The notes beneath the pieces are model-generated. The model did no database searches and had not been told where the DNA came from. It was given only the letters and a program-made list of their open reading frames with translations. This document shows, piece by piece, positions 17,270-26,078 of a stretch of DNA of 35,652 nt; the first letter of the stretch is position 1, and each line of letters starts with the position of its first letter. The position numbers and the translations under genes are program-made. Source of the stretch: a virus (lineage: Duplodnaviria > Caudoviricetes); IMG/VR virus record IMGVR_UViG_3300033076_000676, positions 1 through 35,652 of that record; one strand, 5' to 3'.

Positions 17270-18204
17270 TGAGTAAGGCTCGTGTAAGTATTGCTGTTGT
17301 TGATGCAAGGGCGAGCGCCTCTTATCAGCTACCAGTTACAGCGATTCAATATATTGAGCTTGTCGCTGCGGCAGAGGTAGATACAGTGGGGCGTCACAGA
17401 TACATCGTTGATGGCGCTGCCGTTGCTGATGAGCGGGTTATTGCTTTTGCAAAGAACATTCAAAGCACCACCTTGATTGCGGACGCTCTTAGCACAATTG
17501 GAATGTTGAAGAACCTTGTTGACTCCGTTGAAACATCAGAGTCATTTGAGGCGCTTCTTGTAACAATCGTGGAGCTTTTCTCCGAGGCATTGATTTCTGA
17601 TGCCGATCTAATTGACTTTGCCAAGAATCTTGTAGACGGGGTATCAATCAGTGACCTGGTAGCCGCAGATTACTTGAAGCCTTTTGAAGAGGTGTTGAGC
17701 GCAGCCGATTTGTTCTCTGCCGGGTTTGAAACCGGCAAGTCAGAAACGGTTAGCCTTGACGGATTCGCCGGTACGTTTGGGGGTGAAACGAGCATCTTCA
17801 ACTCGTACGTATTAAATGACGACTTGTTCCGGGAAAGAATCACAGCGCTATTTAATAAGGCGCTGTCCGAATCGCCTGAGGCGGTAGATGAGTATGATCG
17901 AGTTGTTCAGTGGGATAAGTCTTACGCTGATTCCATTGATACAGTAGAGCTTTTCTATAACACTTTCGATAAACCGCTAACCGACACATTTACACTTAGC
18001 GATTTGTGTGTTCAGCAGCTCATCATAGAAAGAGCGTTTAGTAGCTCCGCCACAGCATCAGACGCAACGTCTGTTGGTTCGGAAGTTGTTTATTCCGATC
18101 AATTCTCTGTTAGTGACTCCATGTCTTACGAGAAGATTGCCGCTCCACCTTTCTTGTTCAATAACTATCAGTTCAATACTATTAGGCTAAACGCCACAAT
18201 ATAA
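17269..18204 (+). CDS. acidic, repetitive putative tail/virion protein
   Basis: Loose repeats of the type K.L.D....SD; located in the tail module. Confidence 0.6.
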   Translation: MSKARVSIAVVDARASASYQLPVTAIQYIELVAAAEVDTVGRHRYIVDGAAVADERVIAFAKNIQSTTLIADALSTIGMLKNLVDSVETSESFEALLVTIVELFSEALISDADLIDFAKNLVDGVSISDLVAADYLKPFEEVLSAADLFSAGFETGKSETVSLDGFAGTFGGETSIFNSYVLNDDLFRERITALFNKALSESPEAVDEYDRVVQWDKSYADSIDTVELFYNTFDKPLTDTFTLSDLCVQQLIIERAFSSSATASDATSVGSEVVYSDQFSVSDSMSYEKIAAPPFLFNNYQFNTIRLNATI

Positions 18205-18293
18205 ATCACCAGTAGCAATACGATAAGCAGAGGTCGGTATTGCATGCAAAACAGTATCACTTCTGCTAATATTCGCTTATAAGGAGTAACACA

Positions 18294-18737
18294 ATGCAAG
18301 CAAAAGACACATTGGAAATGTTGGGTCGTTTGAAGATTGAGGTTTTTGACGACCAGGGTCAAATCAAAGAAGTTAAAGAAATCCCTAACCTAGTTGTTAC
18401 AGCTGGCAAGGGTTTCATCGCGTCTCGCATGAAGGACACAACATCAGCTGCGATGAGCCATATGGCAGTTGGTACAGACAACACAGCTGCAGCAGCTGGT
18501 CAAACAGCTCTTATCGCTGAATTGGCTCGCGTTGGCTTGGCGTCCACAACAGTAACTGGAAGCACAGTAACTTATGTTGCTTCATTCCCTCCTGGAACAG
18601 GTACTGGTGCCTTGGTAGAAGCCGGCATCTTGAACGCATCAAGCGCAGGCACAATGCTATGCCGTACAACATTCTCAGTTATTAACAAGGGTGCTGCTGA
18701 CTCAATGACTATTACTTGGACAGTAACAGTATCTTAA
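18294..18737 (+). CDS. tail structural protein (fibre/baseplate attachment-like)
   Basis: NLVVTAGK, HMAVGT and LVEAGILNA...MLCRTTF motifs; AAGGAG RBS. Confidence 0.7.
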   Translation: MQAKDTLEMLGRLKIEVFDDQGQIKEVKEIPNLVVTAGKGFIASRMKDTTSAAMSHMAVGTDNTAAAAGQTALIAELARVGLASTTVTGSTVTYVASFPPGTGTGALVEAGILNASSAGTMLCRTTFSVINKGAADSMTITWTVTVS

Positions 18738-18749
18738 TAAGAGGTCGCC

Positions 18750-19820
18750 ATGACAGTTAAGTTTTCTAACAATGCGGCCGGGACTCTTGGTGCCGCAATT
18801 TTAAGCACAGATACTAGCTTGTCTGTGGCCTCTGGTCAGGGTGCGCTATTCCCAACTATTGGCGCTAATGAGTTCTTTTACGTCACTCTAATTGACTCAA
18901 GCAACAATCTTGAGGTCGTTAAGGTCACTGCCAAATCGTCAGATACATTCACGGTAGTTCGCGGCCAGAACGGCACAACTGCGCGTGCATACTCTGCTAA
19001 CGATAAAGTTGAGTTGCGCGTTGTATCTATTGCGTTTGATGAGTTCGTGCAGCGTGATGGTGGCGTTGCAATGACTGGCGACTTGAACATGGGTGGCAAC
19101 CAAGTATCCAATATTGGTGCGCCTGACTCAACAGATGACGCAGTACATGCCGGCAGGGCAATCAACACATCTGGTGGAATTCAAGGCGGTGGAGACCTAA
19201 CTGCAGATCGCACATTATCTTTGACAGACACAGGTGTTGGTGCCGGCTCTGTTGGATCTGCATCTGAAATACCTGTTCTGACTATTGATGCTAAAGGTCG
19301 CGTTACAGCAAAGACCACAGCTCCACTTGATATGTCTAGCAAGGTTAATAAGTCCGGCGACACAATGACCGGCACCCTTTCTGGAACAACATTTAAGTCA
19401 GATAGAACCAGCCAGGACGCTCGCAATACAGGATTCCAACTGGCAACTGGCGTTGATATTGGCGAGTGCGACAGGTCAACTCAGTACTACGACGATCTAG
19501 CCTCTAACTGTAACGGCTACCTGCCAAATGGTAATTGCGCCGGCAACCCAACATGGACTCCGCCTAACGGCAACTGGTGGTCATGGGGCGTATCTGGCGT
19601 GCCAACTAGTAACTGCGCTAACTATGGCTCATACGACGGTGCTGGTGGTTTCTCGCAGTCATTCAATTCTGTGAGCGTAGGCTACAACTACGACGGATAC
19701 TACGAGGCAGCAAACGAAATCGGCGGATCAGAGCAGAGACGCAACTACAGAAACTGTAACTGCGGTTCATTTAACTGCCGCACTAACTGCAACTGCAACT
19801 GCAACTGTAATTGCAAATAG
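18750..19820 (+). CDS. tail fibre protein with an Asn-Cys-rich C-terminal domain
   Basis: Fibre N-terminus MTVKFSNNA...EVVKVT...TVVRGQNGT; fibre repeats MTGDLNMGG, GGGDLTADRTL, IDAKGRVT and KSGDTMTG; C-terminus NCNCGSFNCRTNCNCNCNCNCK. Confidence 0.85.
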   Translation: MTVKFSNNAAGTLGAAILSTDTSLSVASGQGALFPTIGANEFFYVTLIDSSNNLEVVKVTAKSSDTFTVVRGQNGTTARAYSANDKVELRVVSIAFDEFVQRDGGVAMTGDLNMGGNQVSNIGAPDSTDDAVHAGRAINTSGGIQGGGDLTADRTLSLTDTGVGAGSVGSASEIPVLTIDAKGRVTAKTTAPLDMSSKVNKSGDTMTGTLSGTTFKSDRTSQDARNTGFQLATGVDIGECDRSTQYYDDLASNCNGYLPNGNCAGNPTWTPPNGNWWSWGVSGVPTSNCANYGSYDGAGGFSQSFNSVSVGYNYDGYYEAANEIGGSEQRRNYRNCNCGSFNCRTNCNCNCNCNCK

Positions 19821-19827
19821 GAATTTC

Positions 19828-20496
19828 ATGCTCAAACTAAAGGCGGCTGAGTCTCTCTTCCCTGACGAGATAAGGGTGTATGAATCAAACGTACCTGCGC
19901 ACATAAATGAAAAGATAGTTAATTCTTTTTACGTTGATCATCAGCAACCAGGGCAACCTGGTCGCAAATCAAGAATCGATTACCGCAGTATGACGGATTC
20001 GGATGTGGTGGAGGCGCTGCAAACAGTCTTTAATGAAGCATTTAAAGCGTACGTGGACGAGCTATACGACCAAAGTATTTACGAAGCCTGCGATTTTTAT
20101 CAGGACTGGTCGGCAAACTCGTCTTACAACGGTCAGGCGTGCATTTCACACACTCACAACGAGTCGTTCATATCTATAGTCTACTATCCTATTGATGCAG
20201 CGGCAGAACCTCAATCTATTTTAAGAAGCATTGTTGCCGATCTTTTAAGTGGGCAGATAGTGTTTTTAAATTCAGATGGCACATCAATAACAGATCGGTA
20301 CTCAAAACAAAACAGACTGTTATGCCAAGTTAGCCCCAAAGCGGGAGATGTAATTGTGTTTCCTGGTCATATTCCTCACTTTACAATTCCAGGCTCATTC
20401 AAACATCGTTTTTGCATTGCAAGTTTTGTGCAGGCAAAACAAAAAACGTCCTTTAAAATAGGGACAAACGAACCACTTACTGGAGAATGCAAGTGA
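19828..20496 (+). CDS. putative 2OG-Fe(II) oxygenase-fold protein (TIGR02466 / 2OG-FeII_Oxy_5-like)
   Basis: HTH...ISIVYY, PKAGDVIVFPGHIPH and RFCIAS give an HxH...H ligand set plus the distal Arg. Confidence 0.8.
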   Translation: MLKLKAAESLFPDEIRVYESNVPAHINEKIVNSFYVDHQQPGQPGRKSRIDYRSMTDSDVVEALQTVFNEAFKAYVDELYDQSIYEACDFYQDWSANSSYNGQACISHTHNESFISIVYYPIDAAAEPQSILRSIVADLLSGQIVFLNSDGTSITDRYSKQNRLLCQVSPKAGDVIVFPGHIPHFTIPGSFKHRFCIASFVQAKQKTSFKIGTNEPLTGECK

Positions 20497-21212
20497 AACT
20501 TATCGTTAGAGATTTTACTCAGCCGACATCAGTTGATGTTAGCGACTACCCAAAGCTTGTTGAAACAGACGCCGGTCACCGCGTTGGCAATAAAGACATA
20601 GAATGGAAACAAGACTTCGTTCCATTTACGTATCGCTACTACTTATGGTCAGATCAAGATGACAAAATGATCTCCTTGGATGCGCGATATGTAATAGAAA
20701 GCAGAGAGGGTTTGCAGGCTATGACTACATTGTATGGTCATAGATATAAGGTGTCCGGAGATAAGAGTCTCAATATTGGATCGGGTCCTACAGCCGTGGT
20801 CTTCTTTGCGCAAAATCTAGATGAGTCCGCGATTCTCATTAACGAGTTTTGCACAACAGAGTTAGAGCACATCTCAGATGCCTCGAGTGCTGGCAGACTA
20901 AATGTCATCGCTGAGCATTGCCCTGCGTCAAGACCGTTTTTAGCTAGATGGCAGGCTAAAAGAGAGTTGCTTGCACAGATCAACACAAATGATGCGGTTG
21001 CTAACTTGGAGAAGCAGGTTGATGTTTTGTGTGAACTGGTGTTCGCCCTAGCAGACATGGCCGCAGAAAAACCATCTTGGTACGATACTTTTAAGCAGTC
21101 CGTTAGAAGTAGCTCTTCAGCCAGCCCATCGGATGAGTTGATTGAAAAAATGAAGAATGAGAAATCCAGACTGCGCAGCCTTGTAGAAAAGTACGTTCAA
21201 CAAAGAGGATAG
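20487..21212 (+). CDS. hypothetical protein with helical C-terminus (possible fibre chaperone or accessory factor)
   Basis: 241-aa ORF overlapping the oxygenase stop; coiled-coil-like DAVANLEKQVDVLCELV. Confidence 0.65.
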   Translation: MQVKLIVRDFTQPTSVDVSDYPKLVETDAGHRVGNKDIEWKQDFVPFTYRYYLWSDQDDKMISLDARYVIESREGLQAMTTLYGHRYKVSGDKSLNIGSGPTAVVFFAQNLDESAILINEFCTTELEHISDASSAGRLNVIAEHCPASRPFLARWQAKRELLAQINTNDAVANLEKQVDVLCELVFALADMAAEKPSWYDTFKQSVRSSSSASPSDELIEKMKNEKSRLRSLVEKYVQQRG

Positions 21213-21213
21213 C

Positions 21214-22398
21214 TTGAAGCAGTCTCTAGTCATTTTTCACTCAGATAGTAGGGAAAGCGAAAACAAAGCCAGCCAACTAGCGCGGGCTGCGGCTGCTTAC
21301 TCATTGCGACCAGTCTTTGTTTCTCCTAAGCCTTCGAGGCTACATGAGCAAGGCGCAATGAAGGTTAATTATGACTCAGATAAAATCGAATCGATCTGCG
21401 AGTTAATTTACAAGACCAATCCTGCCGCAATACTGTCTTGCAGTGATGGCGTGACCATTCATGCGCTGCAAGCATCTGAGTATTGTGGCCTAACATCTGG
21501 CACGAATTTCGAGGCGTTCCAATCGAAAGCAGCCAGCTACAAATTGTTTTCCGAGGCCGGCTTTGCGACACTGCCATTTAAGCAGATTCTGACATTAGAA
21601 GACATTGAAGAGTGCGACATTCAAGGCGAGATCTTTGTAAAGCCAGATTGGTCTAGCGCGGTATACGGGCAAGTGCCGTGGGCGTACAAGCGTTTTGTTT
21701 CTACCAAACATTTACTGGATTACATAGTTAATAGTGGGTTGCGTGATAGGTTCTTAACCGCCTCTGCGAATCCCTTTGAGCGGTCGATTGTTATGCCATT
21801 CATAGCACACGATGGCATTACAACGATTAGTGGAATTTTGAGAAAAGACCGCGCTGTACCTCTAGCGCATTCTTTTGTGAAAATTTCTGGTGACGATTAT
21901 TTTTACGACTACTTGAATTTTGCAGATATTGGCGATACTAAGAAGCTGAACCCGTGCATCTCTAGGTTGTGGGATCTGGGTTTTCACAGTCACTTTACTT
22001 ACCTACAGTGCTTAAACCTTGGTGGTGTTAACTACTGTATGGATGCCAACACGCGGATGTCAACGTACTTGGACACATGGGTGACAAGGCACGATCCAAG
22101 CTTTTATGAAAGATGTCTTGCTTTCGTCTTACAAGAAAGCAACGCGGTTAATTTTGAAACACCATCACCACACACCATGATTGCGAGGGTGCGGTGCGAC
22201 CCACACCTTCCTATCAAGAGCTTAACCTGGAAGGATGTGGCTGGTGTAGAGCCTTTGAATTTTAACAGCCTGTCAACATCTAGGGCGCCTTATGACAAGG
22301 CATATTCATGGCCAACATTTGTTGTCACAGCTGATTCACAAGAGCAATTGCTAGTAAGGTATGAGCGGTTTTTACAAGGTGTATGTGTAACACAATGA
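21214..22398 (+). CDS. ATP-grasp fold ligase (divergent)
   Basis: AAILSCSD pre-grasp region, SKAASYKLFSEAG, IFVKP, IVMPFI and CMDANTRMS (equivalent of the usual E-x-N-x-R motif); TTG start. Confidence 0.7.
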   Translation: MKQSLVIFHSDSRESENKASQLARAAAAYSLRPVFVSPKPSRLHEQGAMKVNYDSDKIESICELIYKTNPAAILSCSDGVTIHALQASEYCGLTSGTNFEAFQSKAASYKLFSEAGFATLPFKQILTLEDIEECDIQGEIFVKPDWSSAVYGQVPWAYKRFVSTKHLLDYIVNSGLRDRFLTASANPFERSIVMPFIAHDGITTISGILRKDRAVPLAHSFVKISGDDYFYDYLNFADIGDTKKLNPCISRLWDLGFHSHFTYLQCLNLGGVNYCMDANTRMSTYLDTWVTRHDPSFYERCLAFVLQESNAVNFETPSPHTMIARVRCDPHLPIKSLTWKDVAGVEPLNFNSLSTSRAPYDKAYSWPTFVVTADSQEQLLVRYERFLQGVCVTQ

Positions 22399-22409
22399 GG
22401 GGTAAGTAA

Positions 22410-23762
22410 TTGGCTATTTTTAAAATCCTGGCTCGCAGAGAGATTGACAAACAAGAAGCTGTCTTCTTCTACGACAACATCAATTCCACTTTAAAAACAG
22501 AGGCTGGTGTTGACGTCGTGCCGCAAGACATCTACACAGAGCAACGTGAAGAGTTTTTCCAAACAACCAAAGATAACCCGGCAAACAAGACTTCGCCCAA
22601 GGTTCTCAAGATTAGCTTGGGACTATCGTGCAACTATGAGTGCACATACTGTAACCAGAGATTTGTTCCACACGCGGACTCAACAAACAAGGACGACGTT
22701 CAGCCGTTTCTTGACAATCTAGATAAATGGGTTAAGGAAGCGCCAGACACTATTGAGTTCTGGGGCGGTGAGCCACTAGTCTACATCAAGACATTAACTC
22801 CGCTTGCGGAGGCGCTGAGAGAGAAGTACCCAGACTCAGCGTTTACTATGATTACTAATGGGGCACTACTCAATCCTGGCTTAAACGAATGGCTAGATCG
22901 ATTGGGGTTCAATATTGGCATTTCTCATGACGCCATGGGCCAGCACGTCAGAGGTCCAGATCCCCTTGATGACGAGCAATCGCGTGAAGGCATCATAGAC
23001 CTGTACAAGAGACTTAAACCACAAGGTCGCATTAGCTTTAACACAATGATGCACAAGGGCAACCAGTCTCGAGCTGACGTTCAGCGCTGGTGGGTAGAAA
23101 GATTTGGCGAATCAGTCAACATTGGTGAGGGCGCGTTCATTGACCCCTACGACGAAGGTGGAGTTGCTAGCAGCCTTGAAAGCGAAGAAGAACAGATTGC
23201 ATATCGCAAGCAATCTTTTGAAGAATTACGCTCTGGCTCGGTCACGAAGTTTGATGTTGTGCGCGGGAAGATGGGTGACTTCCTGTATTCGCTTAGAAGT
23301 AGGAGAAACGCATACAGCCTTGGCCAAAAATGCGGAATGGACAAGCAAGAGAATATTGCGGTTGATCTCAAAGGCAACGTGCTAACTTGCCAAAATGTAT
23401 CTTCCGCTTCTCGGTCACCTAACGGCGAAAGTCATTTGATTGGGCACGTAAATAATTTTGATGACATTCGCTTGAATACAATTACTCACTGGGCCAAGCG
23501 TGACGAGTGCCCTAACTGTCCTGTTCTGCAGATATGCAAGGGCAGCTGCATGTTTCTGCACGGGCGACTCTGGGATGTTGGATGCGCCAATTCTTACAGC
23601 GACAACATTCCGTTCTTTGCTGGATCTATCGAATACGTAACTGGATTTAAGCCATACCGCATAGAGCACGAAGCACTTCCAGAAATTCGACAAGACATTT
23701 GGGCTGAAAACTATAAACCCAAAAAAACATTAAAGACGATTCCTATCGTTCCAATTAGTTAA
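22410..23762 (+). CDS. radical SAM / SPASM domain protein
   Basis: CNYECTYC (CxxxCxxC), FWGGEPL, ITNG and ISHD; C-terminal KCG...GNVLTCQ...CPNCPVLQICKGSC...C SPASM cysteines; TTG start. Confidence 0.93.
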   Translation: MAIFKILARREIDKQEAVFFYDNINSTLKTEAGVDVVPQDIYTEQREEFFQTTKDNPANKTSPKVLKISLGLSCNYECTYCNQRFVPHADSTNKDDVQPFLDNLDKWVKEAPDTIEFWGGEPLVYIKTLTPLAEALREKYPDSAFTMITNGALLNPGLNEWLDRLGFNIGISHDAMGQHVRGPDPLDDEQSREGIIDLYKRLKPQGRISFNTMMHKGNQSRADVQRWWVERFGESVNIGEGAFIDPYDEGGVASSLESEEEQIAYRKQSFEELRSGSVTKFDVVRGKMGDFLYSLRSRRNAYSLGQKCGMDKQENIAVDLKGNVLTCQNVSSASRSPNGESHLIGHVNNFDDIRLNTITHWAKRDECPNCPVLQICKGSCMFLHGRLWDVGCANSYSDNIPFFAGSIEYVTGFKPYRIEHEALPEIRQDIWAENYKPKKTLKTIPIVPIS

Positions 23763-23772
23763 GGAGTATTCC

Positions 23773-23967
23773 ATGAGCGACGCAGCTTTAAACCCAAGGT
23801 TTTCTATTGCAGTAGAAGAAGACGAAACACACTATCACGTTTTTGTTTACACGGTAAAAGATGGGGTGAAAGCAGAATACCCAACAAGCATTTATCATTT
23901 CGATAAACATAGTGGAGTTGCTGTCAACGATCTTTTAGTAAATGCCGCACCACATCTTTTTGCGTAA
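23773..23967 (+). CDS. small hypothetical protein
   Basis: AAGGAG RBS; 64 aa; last gene of the enzyme cassette. Confidence 0.7.
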   Translation: MSDAALNPRFSIAVEEDETHYHVFVYTVKDGVKAEYPTSIYHFDKHSGVAVNDLLVNAAPHLFA

Positions 23968-23976
23968 GGACAGGGG

Positions 23977-24612
23977 ATGACAGTTAAATTCTCAAACAAC
24001 GCTAGCGCAACATTAGCGACAAGCATTAACACTGCAGTGACATCAATCCAGGTAACGGCTGGGCAGGGTGGACAGTTTCCTTCATTGGGGTCTGGCGAAT
24101 ACTTTTTTGCTACCCTCGTTGATAGCTCAAACAATATTGAGATTGTTAAGGTTACAGGCAGATCATCCGACATTCTTACGGTTGTTCGTGCGCAAGATTC
24201 AACAACCGCAAAAAGCTATGTAGCCGGCGACAAAATTGAACTTCGAACTACAGCCGCTGCTTTAAGTGCAATCTTGCAAGATGCTAAAGATTATTCTGAC
24301 GCAAGCGCCGGTAGCCTAATTAATGCACACGTCAACGACCCATCCGATGCGCACGACGCATCAGCGATTAGCTTTGCCACGACCGGCAGTATTAGCGCCA
24401 CTGATGTTCAGGCCGCTATCGCTGAGCTTGATACAGAGAAGGTGGCCAAGACAACTACTATTACCGCGTCTAACGGCATCACCGCATCTGGCGATCTCGG
24501 ATCCGGAGTAAGTATTAGCCCGACTGCTGGCTACAACGGGCACGGCGTTAGAACAGTTTCTTCATCTGCACCATCAGGCGGTAGCGATGGTGATATCTGG
24601 TATCAAGTCTAA
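23977..24612 (+). CDS. second tail fibre protein (paralogous N-terminus to 18750)
   Basis: MTVKFSNNA...DSSNNIEIVKVT...DKIELR; AHDASAIS and ATDVQAAIAEL; C-terminal APSGGSDGDIWYQV. Confidence 0.85.
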   Translation: MTVKFSNNASATLATSINTAVTSIQVTAGQGGQFPSLGSGEYFFATLVDSSNNIEIVKVTGRSSDILTVVRAQDSTTAKSYVAGDKIELRTTAAALSAILQDAKDYSDASAGSLINAHVNDPSDAHDASAISFATTGSISATDVQAAIAELDTEKVAKTTTITASNGITASGDLGSGVSISPTAGYNGHGVRTVSSSAPSGGSDGDIWYQV

Positions 24613-26015
24613 TGCCAAAGATTTACGTTAAAGATAGTGGCGCCTGGAAACAGGTTCTTCGCATTTGGGTCAAGCAAGCCGGCACTTGGAAAGGTGTTGC
24701 GGCCGGTCTAGTGACTAGTGGTGGTATTGGAAGGCAGTTCTACCCAGACACAATCGGAACAGTAGTTTACTCAGCTGCTGGCACATACTCGTACACAGTG
24801 CCTGCCGGTGTTACTCAGCTCGAGATCACGTACCCAACGTTAAGTGAACTAGTTACTCAGACAGTCTCGGTGACATCTGGTGCGACATACACAGTGACAA
24901 TTGGTAACTATGGTTCAGGATCTTCATTTGGAGCCTTGCTAACACCTTCTGCATATACAAAGACCGTTGCATCTTTTTCTGGCAACGTTGATTCTCAGGT
25001 GTACGCGGTCTGGGGTGTTGCAACGGCATCTGGTGACACAGCGTATTCTGGAACCGGTACTAGTGGAGCGTTAAATTCAGGTGCTGCAAGCGCTGGCTGC
25101 TACTACAGTGAATACGGGGAAGGGGGGCACGGTGACATTGACGCCAGCATCTCTATCAACACAGTCAAGTCAAGCACATTGGTCGCGCCACTTGATGTTG
25201 CTGTTATCAATTTCTCTGGTCGCGGCGAGTCTGGCGTTACCATTACAGAACAACCAACTGCAGGTAATAGTTTTAGGGTAACTGCTCGAGCATATGACGG
25301 CGGTTATAGTGAAGGCGGCCAATCTTGGAGTCTTCAGCTGCGTCAAATTGTTTCATTACAGATTAAGGCAATTGGGGCCAACTACCAGAACTACACATCT
25401 GGTGGCACATACAGCTTCACAGTGCCGGCTGGTGTGACATCTCTATCTGCAACTGTCTATGGCGGCGGTGGCGGATCTGGTGCATGTAACAACAACGGCG
25501 ATGCCTGGGTTGGCGGCGGTGGTGGCGCTGGTGGTAAAGCCACTAGCACGATTGCGGTAACTCCTGGCGAGACTTTGACATTCGAGGTTGGTGCTAAGGG
25601 TTATGGTGCATCTTCTAGATTCAACGGCGCTTATTGGTACAACCCAAATAACAGCACGCTAGGCACCGGCACGAACGGTGGCAACACAGCCATCAAGCGC
25701 GGGTCAACGGTCTTGCTGTCCGCTAATGGTGGTACTGGTGGTGTTCAATACGGCTACGGTGTAGGTGGATCACCAGCGGTAGCTGGCACATCCCCTCCTG
25801 GTCATACGGGCGACGGAGACGGCGAGCAAGGCTCTACACCTGGTTACAAGGGGTACGGATACCAAGGCTTAATCCGTGGCGGTACAAACGGATCTGGCAC
25901 ACCTCCGGCCGGTTATGGAGATGCTGGCACAGGATACGGTAACGGCGGCGGTCACGGCAACTTCAACCAGCCAGGTTGCGACGGTCAGCACGGAGCCATA
26001 TTGCTGTCCTGGTAA
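24612..26015 (+). CDS. glycine-rich tail fibre tip / adhesin-like protein
   Basis: IYVKDSGAWK..WVKQAGTWK N-terminus; twice GTYS(Y/F)TVPAGVT; GGGGG-rich C-terminal domain. Confidence 0.8.
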   Translation: MPKIYVKDSGAWKQVLRIWVKQAGTWKGVAAGLVTSGGIGRQFYPDTIGTVVYSAAGTYSYTVPAGVTQLEITYPTLSELVTQTVSVTSGATYTVTIGNYGSGSSFGALLTPSAYTKTVASFSGNVDSQVYAVWGVATASGDTAYSGTGTSGALNSGAASAGCYYSEYGEGGHGDIDASISINTVKSSTLVAPLDVAVINFSGRGESGVTITEQPTAGNSFRVTARAYDGGYSEGGQSWSLQLRQIVSLQIKAIGANYQNYTSGGTYSFTVPAGVTSLSATVYGGGGGSGACNNNGDAWVGGGGGAGGKATSTIAVTPGETLTFEVGAKGYGASSRFNGAYWYNPNNSTLGTGTNGGNTAIKRGSTVLLSANGGTGGVQYGYGVGGSPAVAGTSPPGHTGDGDGEQGSTPGYKGYGYQGLIRGGTNGSGTPPAGYGDAGTGYGNGGGHGNFNQPGCDGQHGAILLSW

Positions 26016-26078
26016 GGGTTTCCCCTAATGTAAATACTTACACGTAAATATCAATATCACTTATAATCATTAACAATT

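Noticed and set aside
19785-19814. AACTGC tandem repeat as a DGR variable region or phase-variable microsatellite
   Set aside because: No reverse transcriptase or template repeat in the window; the unit is in frame and has synonymous variation.
26030-26070. sigma70 promoter (TATAAT at 26063-26068) and a TATCACTT motif shared with 18256
   Set aside because: No properly spaced -35 box, and only two short matches; insufficient support.
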